Shown one piece after another: positions 12,191 to 25,050 of a stretch of DNA of 64,000 bases. The DNA is taken from contig OZ024743.1 of the NCBI GenBank assembly GCA_964016885.1, positions 338,892,001 to 338,956,000 of the forward strand, written 5' to 3'. This DNA is from Eledone cirrhosa. Lineage: Eukaryota. Position numbers and translations under genes: made by a program. The notes under the pieces are model-generated. The model was given only the letters and a program-made list of their open reading frames with translations. It was not told the origin of the DNA and did no database searches. Each line of letters opens with the position of its first letter. Positions within the stretch are counted from its first letter, which is position 1.

Positions 12191-14000
12191 GGTTGGCGGT
12201 GGATTGGCAGTATCGGTAGAGGGTCGGACGCCATGCTTTGACGCATGGAATTGACCTGATACGCACATTTAAGGCATCATAGAGTTCGCCATTGAGTTTC
12301 TTGGCTACAAGATGGTGTCTGTGTAAAACACATTGAACAGTGCGTACATTAGAAACCTATTCCTCAATTGTGGTGTAGGTAAGGGCTCAGACGGGATAAC
12401 CCTCATTTTATTCGAGAGGGATAAATCTCTAATTTGGGATGTCATATGTTGCACCTCATTCTTTGCCTCCAGCTTTGCTGCATTGGCCGCCTGCAGGGCA
12501 GAGGAAAGGAAAATCGTTAAATACAGAGGCCCGACGGACCGCTTCATTTCGAGCCGGTGGCCGTTGAGACCTCATGTGTCCTAGGTCGCCGAACTACCGT
12601 TTTCCTGCGCAAAATCAGTAGAGGGTCGACCTGCCCGAGGAAGAGCCCCGCGAGGCGGAGTTGTTGTTAGGGTGGGCATCTGAAGGATGCTGCCCAGCTG
12701 GGGCTATGGTTTCTGTTGCTCCGGTTTCCCCAGCTTAATTCTCTTTTTTTATATCTTTTTGCTCCCCCCCCTTCTTTTTTATTTTTTCTCTTATTTTTTT
12801 ACTTACAAGGCCACATCCTGGTTGTTATTTTTTTAAAATAAAAACTATTCAGGCATATGAATAAACACACATTGACAATTATTAAAGTTGACAGAGATAT
12901 GTACATTTATATTACTTACTGATGTCCCTCTGTGTTTAATGTGAAATACATGTTCATTAATATATGCGTCTGTATATATACATATATGTATGTGTGTGCA
13001 TTTTCTTGTGATTGGAAAACATTTCTGGACCTACAAATTGAACACCAAACGAGGTAAACATTTTCAACTTTTCCCTTTTTTCGCATGAGTGTGTGCTTTG
13101 TCTGAGACAACTTGAAAATATTCTTCAAAGAACTGGCTTTTACCATTCCGTTGGATCACTTAACTCCCTGGGACATTCGAACAGATTTTACCATTTACAA
13201 TCTACGGAGAGGAATAACAGATCTTCAGAAGAAAAAAAATTTAAATTTAAAAGGATTGGTTGTGGCAACAACGCATGGAACCAGCCGGGAGCAATTGTAT
13301 CACACAATTATACGTACACTTTTTTCAAAAACAAACCCCCTAAAAATTAAATACTTATAAATGGCGAGGAATCGCCACTAGCTTCACAAGAAGAGATAAC
13401 ACATGGCACCATCCCATCTCCCTTTTGAAATAACCTGAATCTATTTATAGACAGGTGTGACTGAAAGGTCAATCCATACTTTCATTCTATTTCACAGAAT
13501 TAGAAGCTTTGACCACTTGATGGAATTCAGGACCAGTAATGTAATCACTCCGTAATTATAAACATCTTGTATCACTATCATTCAGGTTTTGACTTTACTG
13601 AAGTCTTGCTCATGTGTATTTTTACACAAACTCACAATTTCAGTTTTTACTGCAGATTTACCCATGTGAAATATTACACAAACTCACGGCCTTAGATTTT
13701 GTACTTCTAGCGTTTTTATTTCCTTCTCTTTGCATGTTCATTGCTCTTTCTCTTCCATTGTATTTACCTGCCTCTCACATGACCACACTCCTCTCCACGC
13801 ACACATAATCTTCTCCCCCCTTCTCCACTTTCTATCCCTTATCCCTCCCTCTACTCACCCCTTACTTCGTCCTCGCGCACAGCCCACCTGTGTCTTCGTT
13901 CAACCCGTCGGTGGCCCGATGTTTCGACCGAACTATCACCGGCGATCGCCGATTATAAAGTTCCACCACTTTAACCTAGTCCACTCTAGGTGGCGGTGGC

Positions 14001-17000
14001 ATGCGTCGAACGATCAAGAGACCTGCTTGGTGGAATGACTATGTGACAACCGGTCAGCCTTCGACCTTTCATTCTCCACCAATTGCGGCACGCACGAGAG
14101 GAGCTAACTTGTCCCCTCCTACCCCCTCCTCCACTTCACGGCAGATTCCGAGCGAATTCAACCAGGCCAATCCCACCACCCCTACAACTGTTAGCCCACC
14201 ACCCAACCGCCTCTCTAGTTCCAACCGTTAGAACCACTGCTGCCTCCTTTACTGACTCACTCCCTCCACCGAATTCCAACGCTGGCCCTCTACACCCAGC
14301 TGCTGCCAGCCCACCACCTGATTGCGCTCTCTGTGCCCGCACTAGCCGGTACTTAAAGACAATTAAATGTCACCTATGCCACGCAAGCTACCACAGAAGC
14401 TGTGTCGGCATCACCAAAGCTCAAGCCGAAAGGCTTCAATACTGGACCTGTAATCGGTGCCACTTCAGCTCTTCTGACGTATTCCGTGGGGATGCCCCAC
14501 GCTTCGATGACCAACTCTCTACCGAGGACTTTGTCACAGCCCCCCCCCCCCCGGGTTTCTCCAAATCAAAGCTCGTTAACCGGATCACTAAGGGAGCTCG
14601 GAATAGCTTTGCACGTGCCCTCTCTAATTTATTGAAAAACGTTTGCTCGTCCAACAATATGTCTAACTGGCAGAAATTGTTTTTGTTTCCCCTCATCTCT
14701 CTTCACGTGTACAATGCGAATTCGGGTTCCCTGACGTCCTCTCTCAAGCGGCAGTTCCAGCTGTTTGAGTCCACCCCAACCACGTCTCATCTCAGTTCGA
14801 TATCGAGCTCGGTGTCCACCAACAGACAACCGGTAGACCTCAAGCGAGTGGTCAATGCCAAATTCAGCGAATTTGACATTTAAGGGGCTGTCCGTCGCCT
14901 CTCTTCTCTGTCTTCCTTTGCTCCGTGCAACTCTGATTCTCTTGAGCGACTGGAAGAGAAGCACCCATCGGCACCCCCAGATGATCAGCTACACTGGCCC
15001 GAACCACCAGAACACTCGAGACCGGTTTACATCACCGATATAATCGGCGATTTCATCCTTCCTAGCTGGGTCAGGCCCTGGAATTGACGGCCCTCGTCCT
15101 CAACACCTCAAGGATGGTATTTCGTTATCGGCCGTTGACGCCGGACTCGAGCTCTTGGAGAGTCTGACTCAGTTTGTGAATCAGTGAACGTTCTCTTCAG
15201 TGAACGTTCTGCCGTTCATCCACCCACTTCGGTGCGAAGCTATTTGGTCTCACCAAGCCCAACAGGGACCTGCACCCCATTGCGGTTGGCTTCACTCTTC
15301 GCCGCCTCACTGCAAAGGCGTATTTGCTGTTGGTCTCCGACTCACTGGCGGAGGAATTTTCCCCAATCCAGCTGCGGGTGGGAACCAAGTTGGGATGTGA
15401 GGCTGCTGTCCACGAAACCAGAGCATTTACCAACTTTCCCTCCTCGTCCCCCAAGGTCATCCTCAAACTTGACCTCAGGAACGCCTTTAACTCCGTCAGC
15501 CGCGACGTCGTCCTCGGATCAGTAAGAGAGAGGGTCCCACAAATCTACCACTTTGCTTGGCAGGCTTATCGGGAGCCCTCCTACCTCTCTTTCGGTGACC
15601 AAATCATCACCTCTGCTTCAGGAGTCCAACAGAGTGACCCACTTGGGCCCGTTCTGTTTGCACTGGGCATTGATGACGTCACCAAGATGGGGGGTTGAGT
15701 TGGACCTCAATGTCTGGTACCTCAACGACACCTGTTTGGGGGGAACTCCGGATATGGTTCTCACCACTGCCAACAAGATGGTGGAGGAGCTTGGCCGCCG
15801 GGGTCTCCAGGTCAATAACTCCAAATGTGAGCTCTAGATTCTCAACCACCCGGCTTCTCAACACCAACAGCTGATCGACCTGTTTGCAGAGTCCTTCCCT
15901 TGCATCGCGGTCCATCCCTCGTCGGCTTGGTGCTCCGTAGGAGCCCCAATCACAGACCTTGACTTCCAGTCAATCTTCTAATCGAAGATGGTTGGCCTTG
16001 AGCAGCTGTTGAAGAATATTGAAGTTATCGAACCCCTATCAAGGTTTCTTCATACTCAGGAACTACCTGTCTATTCCTAAGCTTCTGTATCTGCTCAGGG
16101 TCAGCCCCTCTCACATATTTCCGTCCTCCCTCCAACGCTTCGACGACTTACTCTTCGAGAGACTCGAGTGCCTGGTCAATGTTAGACTCTCCGCAGAGGG
16201 GTCTTGGTCTTTGTCCCTCTCTCTCCCTTGGGGGTCTTGGTCTTCGTCCCTCTCTCTCCCTTGCTTCCTTTCCTCCACCCATGCTTGCTCCACCCTGTTG
16301 AGCAGCATCCTCTCCTCTCCAACATGGACTAGTTCCAACAGGGAGTTGGGTGAAGCTCTGCAGAAATGGAAGCTTGTCTCCTCAAATGAAGCTTGTCTCT
16401 TCCTGAGTAGGTGGAGGACAGTCGAAGTCAGAGAACTTGGGACAGCATAAGTTCGAAGGCCACCTTCGACTCTCTCTTCGTCCAGTCAGATCAGTTTGCA
16501 AAGTGCCGCTTACTATCTGCCAGCGTCAAATACTCAGGCGACTGGGTTGATGCCCTACCCGTGGCCAACGTCGGTGGCCTACTAAGCCTGGACGAACTTT
16601 GTGTCTCCATCGCCCTCAGAGTGGGAGCTGACGTCTGCATGGGTTTGAGGTGCCGATGCGGCAAACTCCTCGACTCCACGGTCGTTCTTGCCGCCTGAAT
16701 GCCGGCCGCTTCACGCGTCACACGAAGCTAAACCTCATTCTCAAGAGATCTTTGGTCCGGGCGAACATCCCCTCAATCTTAGAACCATCTGGGTTGTCCA
16801 GAAGTGACGGCAAAAAACCTGACGGCCTTACCCTGTGCCCCTGGTCAAGAGGCAGGTGCCATATCTGGGACGTCACTGTTAGTGACTCTTTTGCTGCTTC
16901 CCACATCCTGGATGCTGCGGTTAGGACGAGAGCCACAGCTTCCGCAGCCGAGCGGAGTAAGACCCTCAATTACTCTGATCTGTCGGCCAGCTACATTTTT

Positions 17001-17673
17001 CAGCGTGTGGCTTTCGGGGGAGTCGGGCCGCTGACTGCAAGGTTCCTCTCTTCACTGGCGGCTCTCCTAATAGAGGTAACTGGCGAATATCGCGAGGGCG
17101 TTTGGTTGTTCCAGCGCATCAGCCTCGCCATCACCCGCGGCAACGCTGCGAGTGTGCTGGCTTGTCTCAAAAATCATTAGAGAGGTTGTCCAGTACCCCT
17201 CGCTGCTGTCTTTTGCTCTGGTGTTCGCTCGGTTGTTCACCCCTTCCTTTACATTTTCTTTAATATTGTAACATTAAAAGAATATATCTTTCTGAAAGAA
17301 TCGCGAGCAATTTATAATGTTGTCGAAGCATTTGTAATGTTATTTATGTATATATTTAAAACATATTTGTTATGTTATTCTACTGTAAATTTATTTATAT
17401 GCTCTGTTTATATTTTCATTCTGTAAGAATGGCAAACGATTTGTAATGTTATTTATACAACTGTGGGCGGTGGATTGGCAGTATCGGCAGAGGGTCAGAC
17501 GCCATACTTTCCAGCATAGTTACGTCCCTTTACGATCTGAGTTCAAATCCCGCCGAGGTTGACTTTGCCTTTCATCCTTACGGGGTCGATAAAATAAAGT
17601 ACCAGTAATGCACTGGATAATTGCTGGCCTTGTGCCTAAAGTGGAAACAGTTATTTATACAACTGTGAATAAA
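14001..17673 (+). mobile_element. CRE-like non-LTR retrotransposon (PHD finger - RT - zinc finger - restriction-like endonuclease), frameshifted; 5' boundary uncertain
   Basis: PHD: CALC..KCHLCHASYHRSCVGIT..WTCNRC. RT: GPGIDG.RPQHLKD, PIAVGFTLRRL, QL.VG...GCEAAVH, KLDLRNAFNSV, GVQQSDPLGP, WYLND. Zinc finger: CRCG..H..C. RLE: RHTKLN..EP.GL.RSDGKKPDG..WDVTV. Confidence 0.85.
17466..17649 (+). mobile_element. Full-length SINE inserted in the CRE 3' UTR
   Basis: tRNA-like head (tggcagtatcgg; gagttcaaatcc), Nin/Deu-like body and a perfect 18-bp TSD GTTATTTATACAACTGTG (17448-17465, 17650-17667). Confidence 0.9.
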
Positions 17674-17784
17674 ATTTATATATATATATATATATATAGT
17701 AATAATAATAAATTTGAAGACTAAAATCCAAAGAGGGCTCGATAAGGATAAATATATATCAAATATATAAGAACCGTAGAGCAA

Positions 17785-17913
17785 ATATTTATTAAAATAA
17801 CAGATTAAAGTTTACGCAAAGAATCGCTGCTTTCACCCTTAACGGGATCTTCTGAAGATCCCGTTAAGGGTGAAAGCAGCGATTCTTTGCTTAAACTTTA
17901 ATCTGTTATTTTA

Positions 17914-17921
<8 letters not shown>
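17785..17921. repeat. Near-perfect palindrome (68-bp arms, 1-nt spacer) containing a hammerhead half-core
   Basis: ...tttcacccttaacgggatcttc-T-gaagatcccgttaagggtgaaa... with one mismatch between arms. Followed by (TA)n. Confidence 0.9.
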
Positions 17922-17999
<78 letters not shown>

Positions 18000-18699
18000 C
18001 TTCTACATGTGTGAATGCATGTGTGTTTGTGCGTTTATATTTATACTTGTGTGAGTGTGTTTCTGTATTTATATCACTTATGTTTAAGTGCATACATATG
18101 CCGCTGGCCTTTTTTTTCTATAGTTTGTGACAAACTATAGAACACAGGTCAGCGTTCTAATGTTCGTTACATGTGTGTGAGTGTGTGTACATCCTCAGTC
18201 ATCACGTAGATATTTCGTTCCTTGAATGACGCCAAATAAATATATAAACACACATTGGCTATTAATATAGATGATGATAAAGTACCAGTAATGCACTGGA
18301 TATTTGCTGGCCTTGTGCCAAAAGTAGAAACAATTATAGATGATGATAAAAAGTTTGAATCAAATTGTATTTTAAGTATTTTTTCATTTTTTACGAATGT
18401 CAGCATTCAAACTCTGGCGTTTATCGACCCCTTTTGACCCCTAGTCATTTATCGACCTCTTGAAGTGTCCCATCGAACCCTAGAGGTCGAAATCGACCAC
18501 TTTGGAGACCCCTGCTCTAGATCTTTTTTCGTTTCCTCGCTATGAATCTCTTACTTTCTCTGGAAAAAATCGACTGTGTTCAAATTTGAGAAGGAGATAG
18601 GCTCCGCTATGTTTTGAAAAAAAAAAAAAAAGACACAAACAAGACACGTTATATGTCACGACAGTTCATCTACGACTCCATCAGTAATTGCGAATTCAT

Positions 18700-19064
18700 A
18701 GCAGGCTTATCGGGAGCCCTCCTACCTCTCTTTCGGTGCGAGTGTGCTGGCTTGCCTCGAAATTCATTAGAGAGGTTGCCCAGTACTCGCGACGTTGCTG
18801 TCTTTTGCTCTGGTGTTGGCTCCGTTATTCACCCCTTCCTTTACATTTTCTTTAATATTGTAACATTAAAAGAATATATCTTTCTGTAAGAATCACGAGC
18901 AATTTATAATGTTATCTAAGCATTTGTAATGTTATCTATGTATATATTTAAAACATATTTGTTATGTTATTCTACTGTAAATTCATTTATATGCTCTGTT
19001 TATATTTTCATTCTGAAAGAATTGCAAACGATTTGTAATGTTATTTATACAACTGTGAATAAAA
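18700..19064 (+). mobile_element. Internally deleted CRE-like copy
   Basis: gcaggcttatcgggagccctcctacctctctttcggtg (=15560-15597) is fused directly to cgagtgtgctggcttg (=17149 onward) and the 3' UTR. Confidence 0.85.
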
Positions 19065-19189
19065 GTATACTCATATATATATATATGAACACTTTAAAAT
19101 TTCCTTGGGATAAATATATGAGTATATAAATATAAACACACATAAAAGTATAACTATAAACACACAATGCTATAATCATTGCCAATCTA

Positions 19190-21290
19190 TCTCTTATGGT
19201 CAGTAACACAAACCACAGTCATCTCCAAACTTCTCGCTTTGACTGGAATAAAGCAAACTGTAATTCTTAATGCACTCTGCTACAACGCCCAAACCGGCTT
19301 GAATTTTACGGCTCTGGAGATGTGAACACTATACTTCAGAATATCCTGAATTCAATATGGACAGCATGTGCAGCATCAGTACCACATCGGCTCAAAAAAC
19401 ATCCCAAAAGTGCAATTTGGGAGACTGCAGCAGGCCGACTTGCCAGGAATGAACGTCGTAATGCTGAACGGAAATACAAACTTCATAGATCTAAGATTAA
19501 TAGAAAAAAGAGCAATAGATCATCTAACCATCTCAAGCAGGTGACAAAAAAAGGCAGTGCTTGAATTTGAACAGCGCATAGCAACCAACCATGATAGCAA
19601 AGTGTTCTGGAAACATGTACATTCAAAGAAGAGACCTCACTCTCCAGTTGGTCCTCTTCGCAATCCCCACACAGACCGGATTACTGACGATCCCAAACAA
19701 TGCGCGGAACTTATTGCTGAATGCTATGCAGGCCTTTTTACTATTGAAAATCAAAACGTACCATCTCCACCACTTCTGACATCAAGTTCTATAACAACTA
19801 TGGAATTTACACCTGCAATGCTGCGACTCCATCTTAAGAATAAGCGCAACTATGCCTCTCCTGGTATTGGTGGTGTTACGTACCTGCTTCTCAAACGTGG
19901 TGGGTACTTTCTTCTGCACCAGCTTTCACTCTTCTTTCAATTCTGTCTTAACAACGGTGCTACTCCGGAGCAGTGGAAAACTGCCACTATCATTCATCTG
20001 TTCAAAAAGGGTGACCGCACGTCGCCTGTCAACTATCGTCCAGCGAGTCTTACTAGTTACATTGCCAAACTGATGGAGTCCTGTGTTAGAGAAGCACCCT
20101 AGAACTTCTGGATCTCTCATAGCCTTAACCGGCCCTCGCAATTTGGTTTTATCCATAACTCCAGCTGCTGTAATCAACTCATCGAGTTTCTTGAAGACAT
20201 CACCCAAATCACTAATGGCGGCTCATGGGTGGATGTTATTTATTTTGACTTTGCTAAAGCTTTTCATTCTGTACTACACAAAAAACTTATGGCAAAACTC
20301 TCTGCAATGGGTGTGAGAGATGATCTTTATGACGTGTTGAAGTCCTTCATTCTCAGTTGAAATATGTAGTCATGGTTCTAGGGCAACACTTCTTCACCCT
20401 ATGAGATGACATCTAGTGTACCACAGGGATCTGTTCTTGGGACCCCTCTTGTTTGTTGCATATATTAATACCATAGATGCCAACTTAAAGAATGCCACAG
20501 TGCTGAAATATGCAGATGACATCAAGCTGTACCTTGAGCTAAAAAGGACAGATCCTGAACACTATAGATCCTGCAATCAGACCTGGACACAATGGAGCAA
20601 TGGATTGCGGACTGGCAACTCAAACTAGCTGTGGACAAGTGTACTACCATGCATTTTGGGAGTAAAAGAAACAGCATTCACATACTCCCTCCACAACACT
20701 AATCTCAACAAGTCTTGTGTACGTGACCTGGGCATTATTGTCAACAGCGATTTGCGTTGGACAAAGCACATCTCTAAAATTGTCAAGAAGGCTGAGGGTG
20801 TCTTAGCATCACTCAGTAATACTTTTGTCAGCCATCAATTTAAAGTTCTATATAGCTATGGCGCGTCCACACTTAGAAATTGCATCACCAGTCTGGAACC
20901 CCTATCTTGCTCAGAATATTGACCTCCTGGAAACTGTTCAAAGACATGCAACCAAGCGAATACTCTCCATCAGGCATCTACCATACTCTGAACGCCTTGC
21001 TTCCCTGGGTATGGATACATTAAAGCTCCGACGTCTGGCAACTGACTTGGTAAACACCCACAAGATTATTAACCACCTTGTCAACAACTCTGAGCACCTT
21101 TATAAATTCCATGTATCTAACACCCATGGACATGCTTACAAAATCAGAAAACTACAGCTCCCATGACTTTCGGAAACATTTTTTCATGCTCAGAGTTGCT
21201 GAATCGTGGAACAAACTACCTGCATCAATTGTTAGCTGTTGGGACAATGCACCCTTAAAAGAAATTCGCCAACACTACAGCTGATATTCC
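19190..21290 (+). mobile_element. CR1-clade LINE, 5'-truncated and degenerate
   Basis: WKTA.IIHLFKKGDR..PVNYRP.SLTS, VPQGSVLGPLLF, KYADDIKLY, RPHLE.ASPVWNPY, RVAESWNKLP, with multiple frameshifts. Confidence 0.9.
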
Positions 21291-21954
21291 CCCTCCATAC
21301 ACACACGCATGTGTGTGTGTGTGTGTGTGTGTATATCATAACTCATACACTGTTCACTTTCCTGCGCCTCTGGTGAGTTGTAGTGCACCTGAGCACTGTA
21401 CACAATAATTTTCATTATATTATATATAATTATATAGGATATTGTCATTTCTACAACTATGCATTGCAAAAAAAATTTAAATTCTTTAACTTCTATATAA
21501 TTAATTTTTTTTTTACATAATCCTAATCTATACCCTCGTAAATGTATCCCTGCAAAATTTCATAAAAAAATATACGTTATTAAGAAGGTTACGTCAGATA
21601 GAATACTTTGCGGTATTCGTTTTGTCCCTCTGCTCTCTGGGTTCAAATCCCGCCGAGGTCAACTTTGCCTTTCATCCTTTCGAAGTCGATAAAAGGAAGT
21701 ATTAGTTTAGTACTGGGGTTAATTCTTCCTCTGTGTCTCTTTCTGACTCTCTATTCTTCTCTGGAAGAAATCTGCTGTATTCAGACCTGTAGAGGGATGG
21801 GCTCAACCAGGCTTTAAAATACCCTAGAAACGCCATTGCAGCGCCCCTACGACTTCATCGGGAAACATTTCACACTTAATCAATAAGAAAAATAAAAGCA
21901 ACAAACAAGAACAAAGTATTTTGTGATAAGGGGAGATAACTCTCTTAGACGTAA

Positions 21955-21969
21955 GGAAGTTTCCAGAAG
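21955..21969 (+). promoter_or_regulatory. Heat-shock element (three inverted nGAAn units)
   Basis: gGAAg-tTTCc-aGAAg ending 36 nt before the SGT1 ATG, followed by further TTC/GAA units. Confidence 0.65.
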
Positions 21970-22004
21970 ATTTCCCAGAATTCCTCTGCTTCGTTGCTAG
22001 CAAC

Positions 22005-22030
22005 ATGGACAATTGTGATTCCTTGTTTTC
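22005..22030 (+). CDS. SUGT1: SGT1 homolog, coding exon 1 (MDNCDSLFS)
   Basis: caacATGG context and gtatgt donor. Phase 2 matches exon 2. Confidence 0.75.
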
Positions 22031-22254
22031 GTATGTTCCACTTTATATATTTTTATATGTATTTATATATACGTGTATATTTATTTGTACATCTATCTAG
22101 TTACTTTACGATCGGTTGTTTAATTTGCTGTAACGTCTTTTTCTGTTTGATATGGCTTTCAACTGCCTGTCTCTTCTAAGCACCCTTTCAAACTATTCTA
22201 AACTGTACATGAATCATGTTTATACATACACAAACATGTATATAGGTATATATG

Positions 22255-22298
<44 letters not shown>

Positions 22299-22300
22299 TA

Positions 22301-22372
<72 letters not shown>

Positions 22373-23603
22373 TATACGTGTGTGTGTATATATATATTAG
22401 AGGGGCCCGACGGCTGAGCTCTTGCTGTTTCGACAGCTAATATATACATATACGTATGCATATATATGTATGTGCAGTACTGCAGAAAACCCGCCCGCCC
22501 ATGTGCGCAGGATGAAACAAACACGTAGAAGATACTAGTCTGCACCAATCTTCAGCTTTTTACCCCTCACCAGTCTTAATCCTTCCACCTATCCCTCTCT
22601 CACCAGCTAAGTGACCCCCACACATCACTCATGTCAAACCTAAGTACCTATCCTCCCCCAACCCCCACACTTCGCCCCTCATACATCCTGCCAAACCACA
22701 AAAAAAAAAATGGTACACCTGTATTATCTGATGCTATAACAACAAAGCACCCAGTCCATTGTGCTTGTAAGACAGTCATGTTGGTAACATGAAAAAGAAT
22801 TCAGTCCACCCTGTAAGGTAGTCGTGCTGGAGACAAGCTAAAAGCACCCAGTCCACCCTGTAAGATGGTCGTTTTGGTGCCACAATAAAAAGTATCCAGT
22901 CCACACTGCAACGTGGTTGCCGTTAGCAAGAGCATCCAGCCATAGAAACCAAGCCAAAATACAAATCCGTATGAACAAGACATGGTCACCTAACCTGAAT
23001 TGTCTCATAACGTGACCAAGCATGGAAAAATAGACATAGGATGATAATGACGATGTTGATGTTGCTTTCTTGTTTCCCCTGCCTCCAAACACTCACCAAC
23101 GATACACCTTGCCTGCCCAATCTAGTCACACCAGCATGAAGGCTCTACATCTGATATCACACAACAAAAAACTATGTTATTCCGTTGCCACAACAAAAGC
23201 ACCCAGTCCATCCTGTAAGGTTTTTGTGATGGTGACATGACAAAAAGCACCCATTTCACCCTGTTAGGTGATCGTTTTAGTGCTACGATAAAAAGCAGCT
23301 AGTCCACACTGTAATGAGGTTAGGAAGAGCATCCAACTGTAGAAACCAAGCCAAAATATAGATCCATATGAACATGACATGGTCTCCAGACCTGACATCT
23401 TGTAACATGACAATGGATGTTAAATGATGATGATGATGATGATGATGATGATATATATATATATATATATATATCATCATCATTTAGTGTCCATATTCTT
23501 CACTTGCATAGGTTAGATTTGTTGTCATCATCATCATTTTACACCTATTTTCCCCTGCTTGTCATTGTCTATATATAAATTCCTGTCTATGTTATTGTTT
23601 CAG

Positions 23604-23652
23604 CCAAGCCAATGATGAATTTGTCAATGAGAATTATCAAAGTGCAGTTGAT
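23604..23652 (+). CDS. SUGT1: SGT1 exon 2 (QANDEFVNENYQSAVD)
   Basis: tttcag / gtaagt splice sites. First TPR helix (AN..F..E.Y..A). Confidence 0.88.
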
Positions 23653-23949
23653 GTAAGTTCCTTTTCATGACTTTCATTTCATCACCAGGTTGCATGTCTT
23701 CACACACACAAACAATTCATTTCATTTAACATTCGTTTTCACTGCTAGCAAGGATTAGACATATCAACACAGATCAGTCAGTACCCAGACAGAGCCTCTG
23801 AACTCCAGGTGGACTGGGGGCCCAACATACAATCCCACATTCAACCAAACACATTTTATTGTGGCATCAACACTAGGGCAGTTGTCTTTTGCATAGCTGA
23901 AGAGTTTTTGGCAGGATGAACTTTCTATCATTAACCTCTTTAGAGAGTG

Positions 23950-24290
23950 CACTGGGTCTTAGTATATTTCAACCAAGCAATAGTGGTGGTTGGTGGTAGA
24001 CTAATCTGAGTGTTGGTAACTACCAACATATCTTATACACCCAGTCTTATTTATCAACCTAGCACTTGTGCTGGTTGGTGGTAGACTAATCTGAGTGTTG
24101 TTAATTACCAACATATCTTATACACCCAGTCGTATATTTCAACCTTGCCTCAAGTGGGACAAAATCGTCCAACCCATTCTAGCATGGAAGATGGACGATG
24201 ATCATGATGGTGTGATGACTCGTGATGGTGGTAGACTAATCAGAGTGTTGGTAACTACCAATAATTTTTATACACCCAGTCTTATATTCC
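23950..24290. repeat. Three copies of an ~82-bp intronic repeat
   Basis: ggtggtagactaatctgagtgttggtaactaccaacatatcttatacacccagtc at ~23992, 24076 and 24227. Confidence 0.8.
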
Positions 24291-24959
24291 AACATATAAA
24301 TAAAGGTGATGGTTTCGCAGAGTTGTTAAAGCATCGAACAGATTCTTAGCAGTATTTGTTCCAGCTCTTTACTTTTTGAGTTCAAATTTGGTTGAGGTTA
24401 ACTTTGCCTTTCATTCTTCTGAGGTCGATAAAATAAAGTACCGCTCAAGTATTGGGCCGATTTAATTGACTTTCCTCTCACAACAAATTACTGGCCTTGT
24501 ATCAACATTATAAACCATTATATTTCATTATATTGGAAGGGCACCCAGCCATAGAAACCATTGCAAAACCAGAAAGCGAGACATGCCCTTGGCTCATCGG
24601 GGAGGAGAGTAAGTACTGACTTGGTCTGTGATGACCATTCCAACTCAGGCCAGTATGGGGAAATTGACATTAACCCTTTCATGGCTGTGTTTTTAATGAA
24701 ATACACTCCAGTTCAATTAATTAATAAAGAATTTTGAAGGATTTACTAAAATTATTAATTATTTCATTACTAAGACAACTTAACATATGCTTCTTATATA
24801 AAATTATATTGGAGGATTTTAATTTAAATATGAACCTTTTAAAATGAGTTGCTTTGTTTCAAAGAGACAGAGTTTGATTTTAGCGAGGTTGGTATGTAAA
24901 GTGGTGATGACACTGATGACACTGATAATATATGGTAATTATCTCTGATATATTTCCAG

Positions 24960-25050
24960 CTCTTCACAAAAGCCATAGCTGCCAATAAAACCAAAAGTGA
25001 ATATTATACTAATAGGGCTCATGCCTACTTCAAATTGAATCAATATGAAA
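24960..25050 (+). CDS. SUGT1: SGT1 exon 3 (LFTKAIAANKTKSEYYTNRAHAYFKLNQYE)
   Basis: ttccag / gtaagt splice sites, 91 nt. TPR motif YY.NRA..Y.KL..Y. Confidence 0.93.

Larger units (their letters stand above)
10313..18514 (-). mobile_element. Degenerate hAT (Buster/Charlie) transposon inflated to 8.2 kb by nested insertions
   Basis: TIRs CAGGGGTCCCCA / TGGAGACCCCTG. Imperfect 8-bp TSD tcctagat / ctctagat. Transposase fragments lie inside, and the host SINE body ends at 10312 with its tail resuming at 18515. Confidence 0.75.

Noticed and set aside
14001-14045. RRTIKRPAWWNDYV resembling a Gypsy integrase C-terminal tail
   Set aside because: No integrase, PPT or LTR nearby. Treated as part of the low-complexity CRE N-terminus.
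18116-18142. 13-bp-arm hairpin ttctatagtttgt-g-acaaactatagaa
   Set aside because: Real but isolated, with no associated element ends, so no function can be supported.
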